Source: a virus (taxonomy: Duplodnaviria; Caudoviricetes). Taken from it: a stretch of 64,000 nucleotides of DNA. How positions within the stretch are numbered: the stretch's first letter is position 1; each line of letters begins with the position of its first letter. The stretch spans positions 1 through 64,000 of IMG/VR virus record IMGVR_UViG_3300036546_000172; one strand, given 5' to 3'. The position numbers and the translations under genes were made by a program. This document shows, piece after piece, positions 27,481 to 35,964 of this stretch. The notes under the pieces were generated by a model. That model had not been told where the DNA came from. It did no database searches and saw only the letters and a list, made by a program, of their open reading frames with translations.

Positions 27481-27523
27481 ATGTATATATGTATTAATTT
27501 GGAAAGTTAAAGAGGAGGGACAT

Positions 27524-27609
27524 AAAAAACCCTCCGAGCTGTCGAATGAACGGAGGGCACGTCCGCTTGACCCCATGGGGAAAGGTCGTTGCGGTTAACT
27601 CTATTTATG
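27524..27609 (-). ncRNA. Candidate ~70-nt late small RNA: promoter, hairpin, terminator
   Basis: CATAAATA 27602-27609; terminator stem 27530-27536/27551-27557 + U6. Confidence 0.45.
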
Positions 27610-27610
27610 G

Positions 27611-27793
27611 TTAGTCAGATTCATTATCTGCTTTCCATTCCTTATCTACTTCATCGAAGAACTCTTTCTGCTTCTCATCAGACAGTTCTTCTGGTGAATC
27701 TACGTTCCATTGTTTGAGTTTCTTCTGGAAGAAAGCTTCGTATGCAGAATCAGTTTCTGCTTTTTCGTTGATATATTGTTTGAATGATTTCAT
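27611..27793 (-). CDS. Putative internal head protein (leader MKSFKQYINE)
   Basis: Leader sequence; YEAFFQKKLK...SPEELSDEKQKEFFDEVDKEW. Confidence 0.75.
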   Translation of the reverse strand: MKSFKQYINEKAETDSAYEAFFQKKLKQWNVDSPEELSDEKQKEFFDEVDKEWKADNESD

Positions 27794-27806
27794 TTCAATC
27801 TCTCTA

Positions 27807-28523
27807 TTATAGTTCGTTTTCGATCATCTTCAACATATTTCTACATAGACCTGACCGCACACAATCACTATCTTTGAATTGCACAATCTCGTATGGTAGA
27901 TTCTGACTCACCACCTGACGCAAAAGCCATTGGAGACCATTCTCTCCCCGGATATCCGACTGTTTCTCGTCACCGGTGATGAACATACGACTGTTAGTGC
28001 CAACCCGCGTCAGGAACATCTTAACTTGAGCAATCGTAGTGTTCTGAGTCTCATCAAGAAGAATTATCGCGTCATCGAATGTTTCACCGCGCATATACGC
28101 CAGAGGTTTAGGAAGGATACGCTTGTACAGGTCATTCTCATACTTCAGTCCCAGCTCCTCTTTTAAGCCTTTCTCAAACGGTACCAGATATGGTGCGTAC
28201 TTCTCGTGGAGCTCACCCGGCAGGTATCCCATCTTCTCACCAGTCTCGACATTAGGTCTGGTGAGAATGATCTGTTTGATGGTCTTGTTGGTGTTGTAAA
28301 TCTGAGCAGCGATTCGTGAGGCGATATAGGTCTTGCCACCACCGGCAGCGCCGTATCCAATAACAAGATCATCGTGAGAAAGAGAGGAGATATATTGACG
28401 TTGGGTTTCTGTGAGAGGGACGAGTTTGTTCTTTTCGCGTTCGTAATCTAAAACATCAGTAGGCTTGACTTCACATCCTTGGAATTTCTTAGCTTCCCGC
28501 TTCAGTCTGGCGTTCTTTGACAT
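27807..28523 (-). CDS. phoH: PhoH-family ATPase
   Basis: GAAGGGKT, GYLPG, PLAYMRGETF, DETQN, TGDEKQSD, VRSG. Confidence 0.95.
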   Translation of the reverse strand: MSKNARLKREAKKFQGCEVKPTDVLDYEREKNKLVPLTETQRQYISSLSHDDLVIGYGAAGGGKTYIASRIAAQIYNTNKTIKQIILTRPNVETGEKMGYLPGELHEKYAPYLVPFEKGLKEELGLKYENDLYKRILPKPLAYMRGETFDDAIILLDETQNTTIAQVKMFLTRVGTNSRMFITGDEKQSDIRGENGLQWLLRQVVSQNLPYEIVQFKDSDCVRSGLCRNMLKMIENEL

Positions 28524-28572
28524 TGGGATTTCCTTTGTCGCTTGAAGAAAAGGAGAGCAGGATCACCCTCCC

Positions 28573-28905
28573 CTAATGATATTTAGTAGAATGCTTCTTT
28601 ATTTCTTCAGCCTCTTTGAGCTCCATTTCAGACATATACGTCATGTATCTGAGGACATCCTTATAGTCGATTGGTCGCTGCTCATATCGAGATCGAGTCT
28701 GAACAATGAACATGAGAAACTCGCGCTTGACCAAAGGATTACCTTGACACATATTGTACCACAATGACCGTATCTCTTGGTTATCACGGTCAGGATCCTT
28801 CACGATATCACGTCACATTTCATTCACCAATCGATGAAAGCGCTCAGAACGAAACTCACAACAGGCCTTAAGATCTACACGTGCAAGTTCGTTCCAGTCT
28901 ATCAT
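28573..28905 (-). CDS. Hypothetical protein interrupted by an in-frame TGA at 28813-28815
   Basis: ATG 28905 (ATGA overlap) gives 30 codons, TGA, then the same frame runs into ORF 28573..28803. Confidence 0.6.
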
Positions 28906-29159
28906 CGGATGGCATTTCCTACGGTGTTATCACGCCCGGATCGCTTCTTGATCTCCTTCAATCGACTGTTGAAATTATCTGTAGTCTTGAGACCGGGTGC
29001 AACAGAGTAGCCGATGACTGGTGTTCCAATCTTTTGATAGATTTCAGATTGACCGCAACCCGGGCACGGCTTCTCTTCTGGTATCTTGCGATCACTAACG
29101 GTGTGGATTTCGTCGAACTCGTGTGAACATGAGCGACAACGATAGGAGTATTGGGGCAT
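28902..29159 (-). CDS. FmdB-family zinc-ribbon protein
   Basis: MPQYSYRCRSC...CPGCG. Confidence 0.85.
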   Translation of the reverse strand: MPQYSYRCRSCSHEFDEIHTVSDRKIPEEKPCPGCGQSEIYQKIGTPVIGYSVAPGLKTTDNFNSRLKEIKKRSGRDNTVGNAIR

Positions 29160-29167
29160 AGTGTCGC

Positions 29168-29650
29168 TTAACCTTCAGCAGAAGTTGGTTGAGTTGAATC
29201 TTCATCTGATGTTTCCGCTGTACGAAAAAACTCAGGGTAGATATCCTTCCACATCTTCTTGCTGATGCCCTCCACCTTCTTACCTTCAATCATCTTACAA
29301 ATCAGAGCAGCTTCGTCTGCGGACAAAGTTTCAAGTGCTAGAGTTAATTGACGATCGTATTTGTCATGATCACCACGATCAAAGGCGTTGAAGGCTGCTA
29401 TAATGCGAGGAACTTGAGTCCAGATATTACCGCATAGATCTGGAGGGTATTGATTGGGTTTATACCTCGGTACGAACATCTTACTGAAGTCGCGGTTATA
29501 CATGGTATTGACGAGCCATTTCACGTGACGGAGATGAGAAAATGATTTCAGGATTTGCATCTTATGATCTTTGTTCTCACTTTTATTAGCCAGTTCAAAG
29601 ACCTCCGGCAGGGTGATGTTCGTTTTATGTGTTCTGGTATTAAGTTTCAT
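29168..29650 (-). CDS. Hypothetical protein
   Basis: 160-aa ORF in the operon; LETLSADEAALI. Confidence 0.7.
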   Translation of the reverse strand: MKLNTRTHKTNITLPEVFELANKSENKDHKMQILKSFSHLRHVKWLVNTMYNRDFSKMFVPRYKPNQYPPDLCGNIWTQVPRIIAAFNAFDRGDHDKYDRQLTLALETLSADEAALICKMIEGKKVEGISKKMWKDIYPEFFRTAETSDEDSTQPTSAEG

Positions 29651-29651
29651 G

Positions 29652-30050
29652 TTAAACCTTGTTAGCTTTGAACGTTAGAATTCGACGAGAAATAAACACG
29701 ATGATCATGGGTAGTATAATGACGGTGCCTATGAGATAGTGTGCATGTATGTAGGCATTAATAGATGCTGCAATTACCACCATTACCGGAATATAAGAAT
29801 ACCAGCGATCATTATGCTTGAGGTCGATCAGAACAGAACGAGCTACCGCACCTTCACATCGAATAGAACCACCCATGTACAGCAGACCATACAGAGTCAT
29901 AGCTGCATAGGCAATATACGTGTACCATGTAGCTACATCGTGATAAGGACCAACTGCATATACAGCAGCAAACGGGAGAATCAACGTGACCCATCCTAGA
30001 AAATCTACAACCAGGGTAGAGATCAGGCTCTTGAACAGTGACTTACTCAT
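29652..30050 (-). CDS. Multi-pass membrane protein (likely start MSKSLF)
   Basis: GAGGA RBS; about four hydrophobic segments. Confidence 0.7.
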   Translation of the reverse strand: MSKSLFKSLISTLVVDFLGWVTLILPFAAVYAVGPYHDVATWYTYIAYAAMTLYGLLYMGGSIRCEGAVARSVLIDLKHNDRWYSYIPVMVVIAASINAYIHAHYLIGTVIILPMIIVFISRRILTFKANKV

Positions 30051-30243
30051 GATTGTATTCCTCTTCAATCTCTTCCCAGAGTTGAGGATCTTCTGTAGAC
30101 AGCTTGGATAGATCCGCTCTGATGTTGCCGCGACGTTGTTTATACGATTTATCATGGAAGCCACCACGGTTATGATCATGCTTAGCAACGAGGTTGTTGG
30201 TCTTCTGACGGTCTCGTTGTTTACGATTGAAACTCACGCTCAC
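30043..30243 (-). CDS. Small hypothetical protein
   Basis: NLVAKHD.NRGG.H; overlaps both neighbours. Confidence 0.7.
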   Translation of the reverse strand: MSVSFNRKQRDRQKTNNLVAKHDHNRGGFHDKSYKQRRGNIRADLSKLSTEDPQLWEEIEEEYNHE

Positions 30244-30712
30244 TCTCCTGAATAGATTCTAACCTGACACCTAAACGACTGCAGTAATTCTTCATGTCAC
30301 TCACATCGTCTATTGTCAATCGATGATACAGCTCACCATACACTATTTTATCAATATGTACCTGTGCTAACCCTTTCAGTCTAACTAAACCAACCAAATG
30401 TTTCAAGCAATTTCTGCACGGACTGTGAGTCACGTAGATAGTCAACGTAGATGGCATGTATCCGCTGCGAGCCAGATCTTCAATCATGTTCATCTCTGCA
30501 TGGAGTTCATAGTCATCAGACCACAGCTTATGATCATCTCTAGTATCAAAATGCATGTCGCAGCAATTAACCATACCGGACACAGTACCATTAACACCGG
30601 TAGCTTTGATCCGACCACTATCGTCCACAGCGATAGCTGCTACTTTCATAAACTGACATTTGCTCAAGTGTGATAGCTCTTGTGCGATGTTCATGTATAT
30701 ACGATCTTTCAT
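30221..30712 (-). CDS. cd: dCMP deaminase
   Basis: HAEMN, THSPCRNC. Confidence 0.93.
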   Translation of the reverse strand: MKDRIYMNIAQELSHLSKCQFMKVAAIAVDDSGRIKATGVNGTVSGMVNCCDMHFDTRDDHKLWSDDYELHAEMNMIEDLARSGYMPSTLTIYVTHSPCRNCLKHLVGLVRLKGLAQVHIDKIVYGELYHRLTIDDVSDMKNYCSRLGVRLESIQESEREFQS

Positions 30713-30843
30713 ATTATTCCTAATTTAATTTATTGGATGTTTGAAATGAATTTAGTTAAACTAGCGTTGTGTTCGCGGAAACATAACCTCACCTCATCTT
30801 CACTTCATAAATTAAAATACAGTCACCAGATGTGTATTTTAAA

Positions 30844-31284
30844 ATGGCCAGACGTTACTATCAAGGTAAATTTAAACCTCGTAATCCTAAGAAGTACTTA
30901 GGTGATCCAGATAAAATTGAATTCAGATCCAGTTGGGAGAAGAAGGTGATGAATCATTTTGATTTATCATCATCGATACTTGGTTGGAATTCCGAGGAGG
31001 TCGTGATACAATATTTGTCTCCGAAGGATGGCAGATATCATCGATACTACGTAGACTTTCTTATCGTTACTAAAGATAAAGACGGTAGTAATAAAATTAC
31101 TCTCATTGAAGTTAAACCAAAGAAAGAAACTAAGCCACCAACCGCACGCGGTAAAAAGAAGTCGCGATTCTTAAAAGAAGCTCTCACGTTTGAAATAAAT
31201 CAAGCAAAATGGAAATATGCCAGAGCTTACTGTGAATCAAAGGGATGGACCTTCATGATCATGACAGAAAATGAAATATTTTAA
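30844..31284 (+). CDS. gp4: Head completion nuclease
   Basis: YQGKFKPRNPKKY, RSSWE, HRYYVDF, IEVKP, NQAKW. Confidence 0.95.
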   Translation: MARRYYQGKFKPRNPKKYLGDPDKIEFRSSWEKKVMNHFDLSSSILGWNSEEVVIQYLSPKDGRYHRYYVDFLIVTKDKDGSNKITLIEVKPKKETKPPTARGKKKSRFLKEALTFEINQAKWKYARAYCESKGWTFMIMTENEIF

Positions 31285-31361
31285 AATCATCAAATGGTAA
31301 TGATCTAATAAGCTGCTATGATTTAGAGTAAATAGTTTTATTAAACGTTAGGTACAGAGTA

Positions 31362-32306
31362 ATGTCTACTACAACCAAAGCTCAACAATTACAAGAAAAA
31401 CTAACAACGAGCAAAAGATCACAGAAACTTCTGATGTTTCCAGAGAATCTACTTCAGGAAGGCACGGCTAATATTATGCGGTTTAATATTAATCTTCCTT
31501 CGGGTTCAAAATACCTTGGTGATGGCAAAGGTCAATATAAGAAAGCACGTAATAAAGATGGTTCTCTTGCAACATCAACATACAGAAAAGAAAGAGCTGG
31601 CGCTACTGTAGCAAATAGATTCTCTGGCAATTATGTCAGGACAACAACATCTATTGACCTTTATATGCCACCTCAGGTTCAGACATCATATTCAGCAGAC
31701 TGGGGACAAGAAGAACTTGGTATACTTGGTTCTGCAACTGATGCGGTTAATGGCTTGATGAATATTGACTCTTGGTATGATGCAAAGAATGCATGGAACA
31801 TAGTCAAAAATACTCTCAAAGAAAGTGCCGTTCGGACAGCTGCATCGGCAGTACAGGCTATTACTCCGCTGAACTTTGAGACTCTAAGAAAGACAGCCAC
31901 ATCAACAATTGCCAACCCATATATGGAAGTTCTGTTTAACGGTGTCCAGAATAGAACATTCTCATTTACGTTCAAAATGATTCCAAGGAATGAAAGAGAA
32001 CAAAGATCAGTTAAAGCTATTGTTGATGAATTTAAGTTTCACCGAGCCCCAGAATTCAAATATGGTGGTCAAACAAACTATATGATCTTTCCTTCTGAGT
32101 TTGATATACAATTTCTAACACGTGAAGGTGAGAATGATTGGTTATTCAAAATCTCTACATGTGCACTCACGAACATGAACGTGAATTATAGTCCAGAGGG
32201 GCAATATGCAGCGCATAGCGACGGTGCTCCATTTGCTACCGAATTGACTCTAGAGTTTACAGAGCTTGAGATTCTAACAAAAGAATCCCACAGGAAAGGG
32301 TATTAA
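31362..32306 (+). CDS. gp48: Baseplate tail-tube cap
   Basis: LYMPP, NPYMEVLF, RTFSFTF, LEFTE. Confidence 0.88.
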   Translation: MSTTTKAQQLQEKLTTSKRSQKLLMFPENLLQEGTANIMRFNINLPSGSKYLGDGKGQYKKARNKDGSLATSTYRKERAGATVANRFSGNYVRTTTSIDLYMPPQVQTSYSADWGQEELGILGSATDAVNGLMNIDSWYDAKNAWNIVKNTLKESAVRTAASAVQAITPLNFETLRKTATSTIANPYMEVLFNGVQNRTFSFTFKMIPRNEREQRSVKAIVDEFKFHRAPEFKYGGQTNYMIFPSEFDIQFLTREGENDWLFKISTCALTNMNVNYSPEGQYAAHSDGAPFATELTLEFTELEILTKESHRKGY

Positions 32307-32308
32307 TC

Positions 32309-32806
32309 ATGGCCTATTTTACAAAGTTTCCAGTAGTCAAGGATTATGAGATCAATGGTAAAGTCTTTGATCTGATGGATATCACAAGACGAACGGGCTT
32401 CTCTGAGAACATTAAAAACAACCCTGCTTTCTACATTGAACATTATATTCAGGATGGAGAAACTCCCATTGTCTTAGCAGACAGAATGTATGATGATGCT
32501 GATCTGTATTGGATTATTATGATCTTTAATGATATCTATGATATTGATAATGACTGGCCAATGGATCAAGTTTCACTAAACGAGATGGTCAACCGAGTCT
32601 ACACTGATCCTTATGAAGTAAGACATTTTGAATCTATTGAGACTGGTGCTGTTGTCGATGATACTTGGCCTATCTATGACAAGGCAGTGATTACGCACTT
32701 CGGCTATGAAATAGAGAAGAATGATGCAAAGAGAAAGATCAAGATACCAACACCTGAAGCAGTTACTGAATTGGTAAGAGAACATAATAGGCTTATCAGC
32801 AAATGA
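32309..32806 (+). CDS. gp53: Baseplate wedge protein
   Basis: YFTKFP, DGETP, YWII, DWP, YEIEKNDAKRKIK. Confidence 0.9.
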   Translation: MAYFTKFPVVKDYEINGKVFDLMDITRRTGFSENIKNNPAFYIEHYIQDGETPIVLADRMYDDADLYWIIMIFNDIYDIDNDWPMDQVSLNEMVNRVYTDPYEVRHFESIETGAVVDDTWPIYDKAVITHFGYEIEKNDAKRKIKIPTPEAVTELVREHNRLISK

Positions 32807-34017
32807 GCAAGTATACAGGCAACGGACAGTTTACTCTAAATAGGGCGACTCTGCTTTATAAAGACCAGGGTGATGATCAAAAAGAGTTAGACTTATCTTA
32901 TGCATTTGTTCAAATAGATCTGTTTGAATCTATCTTTGAACAGACCATGAATGGTGCAATTTCTATTCTTGATACATATAATCTTCCAGATTTTTTGCCT
33001 CTATATGGACAAGAATATATAGAACTTGAGTTCCATACTCAGGGCAATGAAGCGAATCCTATTGTATATCGAGGTGTTGTCTATAAAATATCAGAAAAAC
33101 ACAGATTGACTGAACATGCATCAGGCTATTCGATCTATTTCATCTCTGAACTAGCAATCACATCACAAAAGCTCCATGTTCAGAAATCATTTAATGAAAC
33201 ACCATCTGCTATTACAAAGAAGATTTTTGATACTACTCTAAAAGAAGAAGATAAACTTCTTGAACTCGAAGAAACAAAATCTGTTGAATCATATGTCTTT
33301 GGTGCATTGAAGCCACTGGAAGTTATTTCTATCCTATCAAAACATTCATACAGCAAAGCAGGTGATATTGGCTATGTTTTCTTTGAAGATAATTTGCAAT
33401 ACAATTTCAAGCCAATTACGAAACTGTACCAACAAGAATCTGTGAGTGAGTATAAGTCTAGGAATAAAGGCTTATATGATGACGTAGACCAAAGAGCTCA
33501 AGAAGCATTTTCTAATATTCAAGACCTAAAATTACTTGAAGAGAATTCTTATCTTGATCGGTTGATGGAAGGTCAACATGGTGCAACATTTCATAAATTT
33601 GATCTATTCACAAAAACAATGTCGTCATTCAAATATGATAGATCTAAAGAATATGATGAAACAAAGAGTCTTGGTCAATATCCGTTCAAAAAAGACATTG
33701 ATGTTTCTCTAGAAAATAAAACTTCTTTGGCTTATGGTCAAAATTCTAAATTATTACATTCAGAGATTTCTAAGGGTCTCAACTCAAAAATAGAATTGAA
33801 TATGATTCGAGCAGAATTGACTATTTTTGGTGATTCATTTTTAAGATGTGGACAATGTGTTGATATTAATCTACCAATCTGGAATAAAGATCAAGAAGAG
33901 ACAGGTGATCGACTATCTGGTAAATTTCTAATTAGCAATATTCATCACCAGATATCTCAACAAGAAAAATACACACAGACAATCATGATACAGAAAGAGG
34001 CTTATGAAGACCTATGA
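32803..34017 (+). CDS. Baseplate hub protein (gp27-like)
   Basis: FESIF, LPLYGQE, FFED, GDS.L..G, LSGKFLISNIHH; lies between gp53 and gp5. Confidence 0.75.
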   Translation: MSKYTGNGQFTLNRATLLYKDQGDDQKELDLSYAFVQIDLFESIFEQTMNGAISILDTYNLPDFLPLYGQEYIELEFHTQGNEANPIVYRGVVYKISEKHRLTEHASGYSIYFISELAITSQKLHVQKSFNETPSAITKKIFDTTLKEEDKLLELEETKSVESYVFGALKPLEVISILSKHSYSKAGDIGYVFFEDNLQYNFKPITKLYQQESVSEYKSRNKGLYDDVDQRAQEAFSNIQDLKLLEENSYLDRLMEGQHGATFHKFDLFTKTMSSFKYDRSKEYDETKSLGQYPFKKDIDVSLENKTSLAYGQNSKLLHSEISKGLNSKIELNMIRAELTIFGDSFLRCGQCVDINLPIWNKDQEETGDRLSGKFLISNIHHQISQQEKYTQTIMIQKEAYEDL

Positions 34018-35048
34018 TTCAATTTGATGTCTTTTTGCCATTTTTTGGGGTCGTCGAAGATCTTAATGATCCAGAGAAGTTAGGCAGAGTTAGAGTGCGA
34101 TGCTACGGCTATCACACAGAAAACAAAGCTTTTATTCCATCCGAGACTCTTAGATGGTTCTCTACAGTCGTCTCAAATTCCGCAGGTACTTCAGGTGTAG
34201 GTCAAAGTCCTACTGGGTATGTTACAGGTTCAACTGTATTTGGATACTTTCTCAACAGAGAACTTCAAGACGGTTTTGTACTTGGGTCTATTACAGGTAA
34301 ACCAACACAGTCATCGATGACTGATCTAGGATTCAATGATCCAAGTGGTGTCTATCCGATTTTTGTTGATGAGTCTGATGTTAATCGGTTGTCAAGAAAT
34401 GAGCATATAGATCAAACAGTAGTACAAAAAAAGAAAGACGGGATTAGAACTGATGTGGAAACAACATCTGGCTCATGGAATGAACCAGAAACTCCGTACA
34501 ATGCAGAATATCCCAATAATCACGTATCGGAATCAACTTCGGGTCACATTCATGAAGTTGATGACACACCAGGCTCGGAGAGACTTCATGAATATCACAC
34601 TTCTGGCACGTTTAAAGAAATTCACCCGGACGGTACTCAGGTACTCAAAATTGTCCGTGATCATTATACTATCATTGCCGGTGCTAATTATTTCTGTATT
34701 GACGGTGATTCTACTGGGTTCATTGGTGGCAATCATGATCTGGTTATTAAAGGTGATAACAAGATAAACATTGATAAGACCAGTACAGTTGATGTAGAAG
34801 GGGCTGCTGTCCTACGTGCACCAATTATTCAACTTGGCGAAGATGATGCTGTTGAACCTTCTGTGCTTGGTGACAAATTATCTAATTGGATCAATAATGA
34901 ATTAGTACCGTGGCTCAATGCACATACACATATTGGTAATCTAGGGTTTCCTACATCCCCGGCTTCAACTGCACCAACAGGACCTTTTAATCCAGGTACA
35001 GCTGCTCCTGGGAATATTGTCTATTCTAAAGTCAATAAGAATCAATAA
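34014..35048 (+). CDS. gp5: Baseplate central spike (OB fold plus beta-helix, no lysozyme domain)
   Basis: GVVEDLNDPEKLGRVRVRC, YPNNHV, SGHIHEVDDTPGSER; C-terminal HTH. Confidence 0.9.
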   Translation: MIQFDVFLPFFGVVEDLNDPEKLGRVRVRCYGYHTENKAFIPSETLRWFSTVVSNSAGTSGVGQSPTGYVTGSTVFGYFLNRELQDGFVLGSITGKPTQSSMTDLGFNDPSGVYPIFVDESDVNRLSRNEHIDQTVVQKKKDGIRTDVETTSGSWNEPETPYNAEYPNNHVSESTSGHIHEVDDTPGSERLHEYHTSGTFKEIHPDGTQVLKIVRDHYTIIAGANYFCIDGDSTGFIGGNHDLVIKGDNKINIDKTSTVDVEGAAVLRAPIIQLGEDDAVEPSVLGDKLSNWINNELVPWLNAHTHIGNLGFPTSPASTAPTGPFNPGTAAPGNIVYSKVNKNQ

Positions 35049-35593
35049 TGCTAGATCCAAATATTTTCCCTAGTGAATTTGATGCATTTATGAAGAGAAA
35101 AGTTTCTCTCAGTGACAGCTTTTTACCTCTTTATGATGGAGATTTTATATTGCCAGCGTTTGGAGATTATCCGTCTGCGTTTGCTAGTGCATATGATATA
35201 TATTCCTATTCTGGAGAAGTTTTAGGTGCTACACACGAACCTGCTCATGATCCAGGTATAATCGAAGCATTCATGAGATCATATAGCACCTCGGTCACAG
35301 AATTTGCTCAAGCACTTGCAGACTTTTGGTCTACGGTTCTTATTGTTCCTGGCGCTCCTATGCACGGTGGAGTTTCAGTTCAATCTGTAGTTAATGATGC
35401 ATCAGTTCAAGTAGGAGCATTTGAATCAGCAATTTTAGCCAGTATCACAACGGAATTAACTACTCCGGTCTTTATCCAGTTAATAAATAATATTGAAGCT
35501 ATTGCATTGCCTTCCGTAACTTGGACGGTAACAGAGATGATCCCAGTTGGATCATCATTAGTACCAACTCCATTTTTAGAGAAAGTTTTCTAA
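35048..35593 (+). CDS. Hypothetical baseplate-region protein
   Basis: TAATG coupling on both sides. Confidence 0.7.
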   Translation: MLDPNIFPSEFDAFMKRKVSLSDSFLPLYDGDFILPAFGDYPSAFASAYDIYSYSGEVLGATHEPAHDPGIIEAFMRSYSTSVTEFAQALADFWSTVLIVPGAPMHGGVSVQSVVNDASVQVGAFESAILASITTELTTPVFIQLINNIEAIALPSVTWTVTEMIPVGSSLVPTPFLEKVF

Positions 35594-35964
35594 TGAGAAA
35601 AGATCTTGATTTAAATTTTGCTCCGCACCCATTAACCGGTGATCTTGCTATGAAATCCGGACGCAGTGCTATAGATCAATCTGTTAGAAATCTTGTTTTG
35701 ACAAATTTTTATGAACGCGGCTTTAATATTGAAGTTGGTTCTAATCTACCAGATTCTTTGTTTGATAACTTTACATCTTTGGATCAACAAACAATCAAAA
35801 GCAATATCATTCGAGTATTAAAGAATTTTGAGCCGAATGTTGAAGTGACTGAAGTTATTTCAACACTTGAGCAAAATAATGAGCTCAAAGTTGAAGTTTA
35901 CTACACATATTCAAATGATCCGGAAGTTAGATCTACAGTCATACCAATTAGACGGTTAAAATAA
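35593..35964 (+). CDS. gp25: Baseplate wedge/sheath initiator
   Basis: DLDLNFAPHPLTGD, SVRNLVLT, FEPNV. Confidence 0.92.
   Translation: MRKDLDLNFAPHPLTGDLAMKSGRSAIDQSVRNLVLTNFYERGFNIEVGSNLPDSLFDNFTSLDQQTIKSNIIRVLKNFEPNVEVTEVISTLEQNNELKVEVYYTYSNDPEVRSTVIPIRRLK

Noticed and set aside
26283-27610. CRISPR mini-array beside the Cas4-like nuclease
   Set aside because: No regularly spaced direct repeats; only inverted repeats and 5-6-nt duplicates
28813-28815. Genome-wide stop-codon reassignment
   Set aside because: TGA, TAG and TAA all end well-conserved genes at the expected positions
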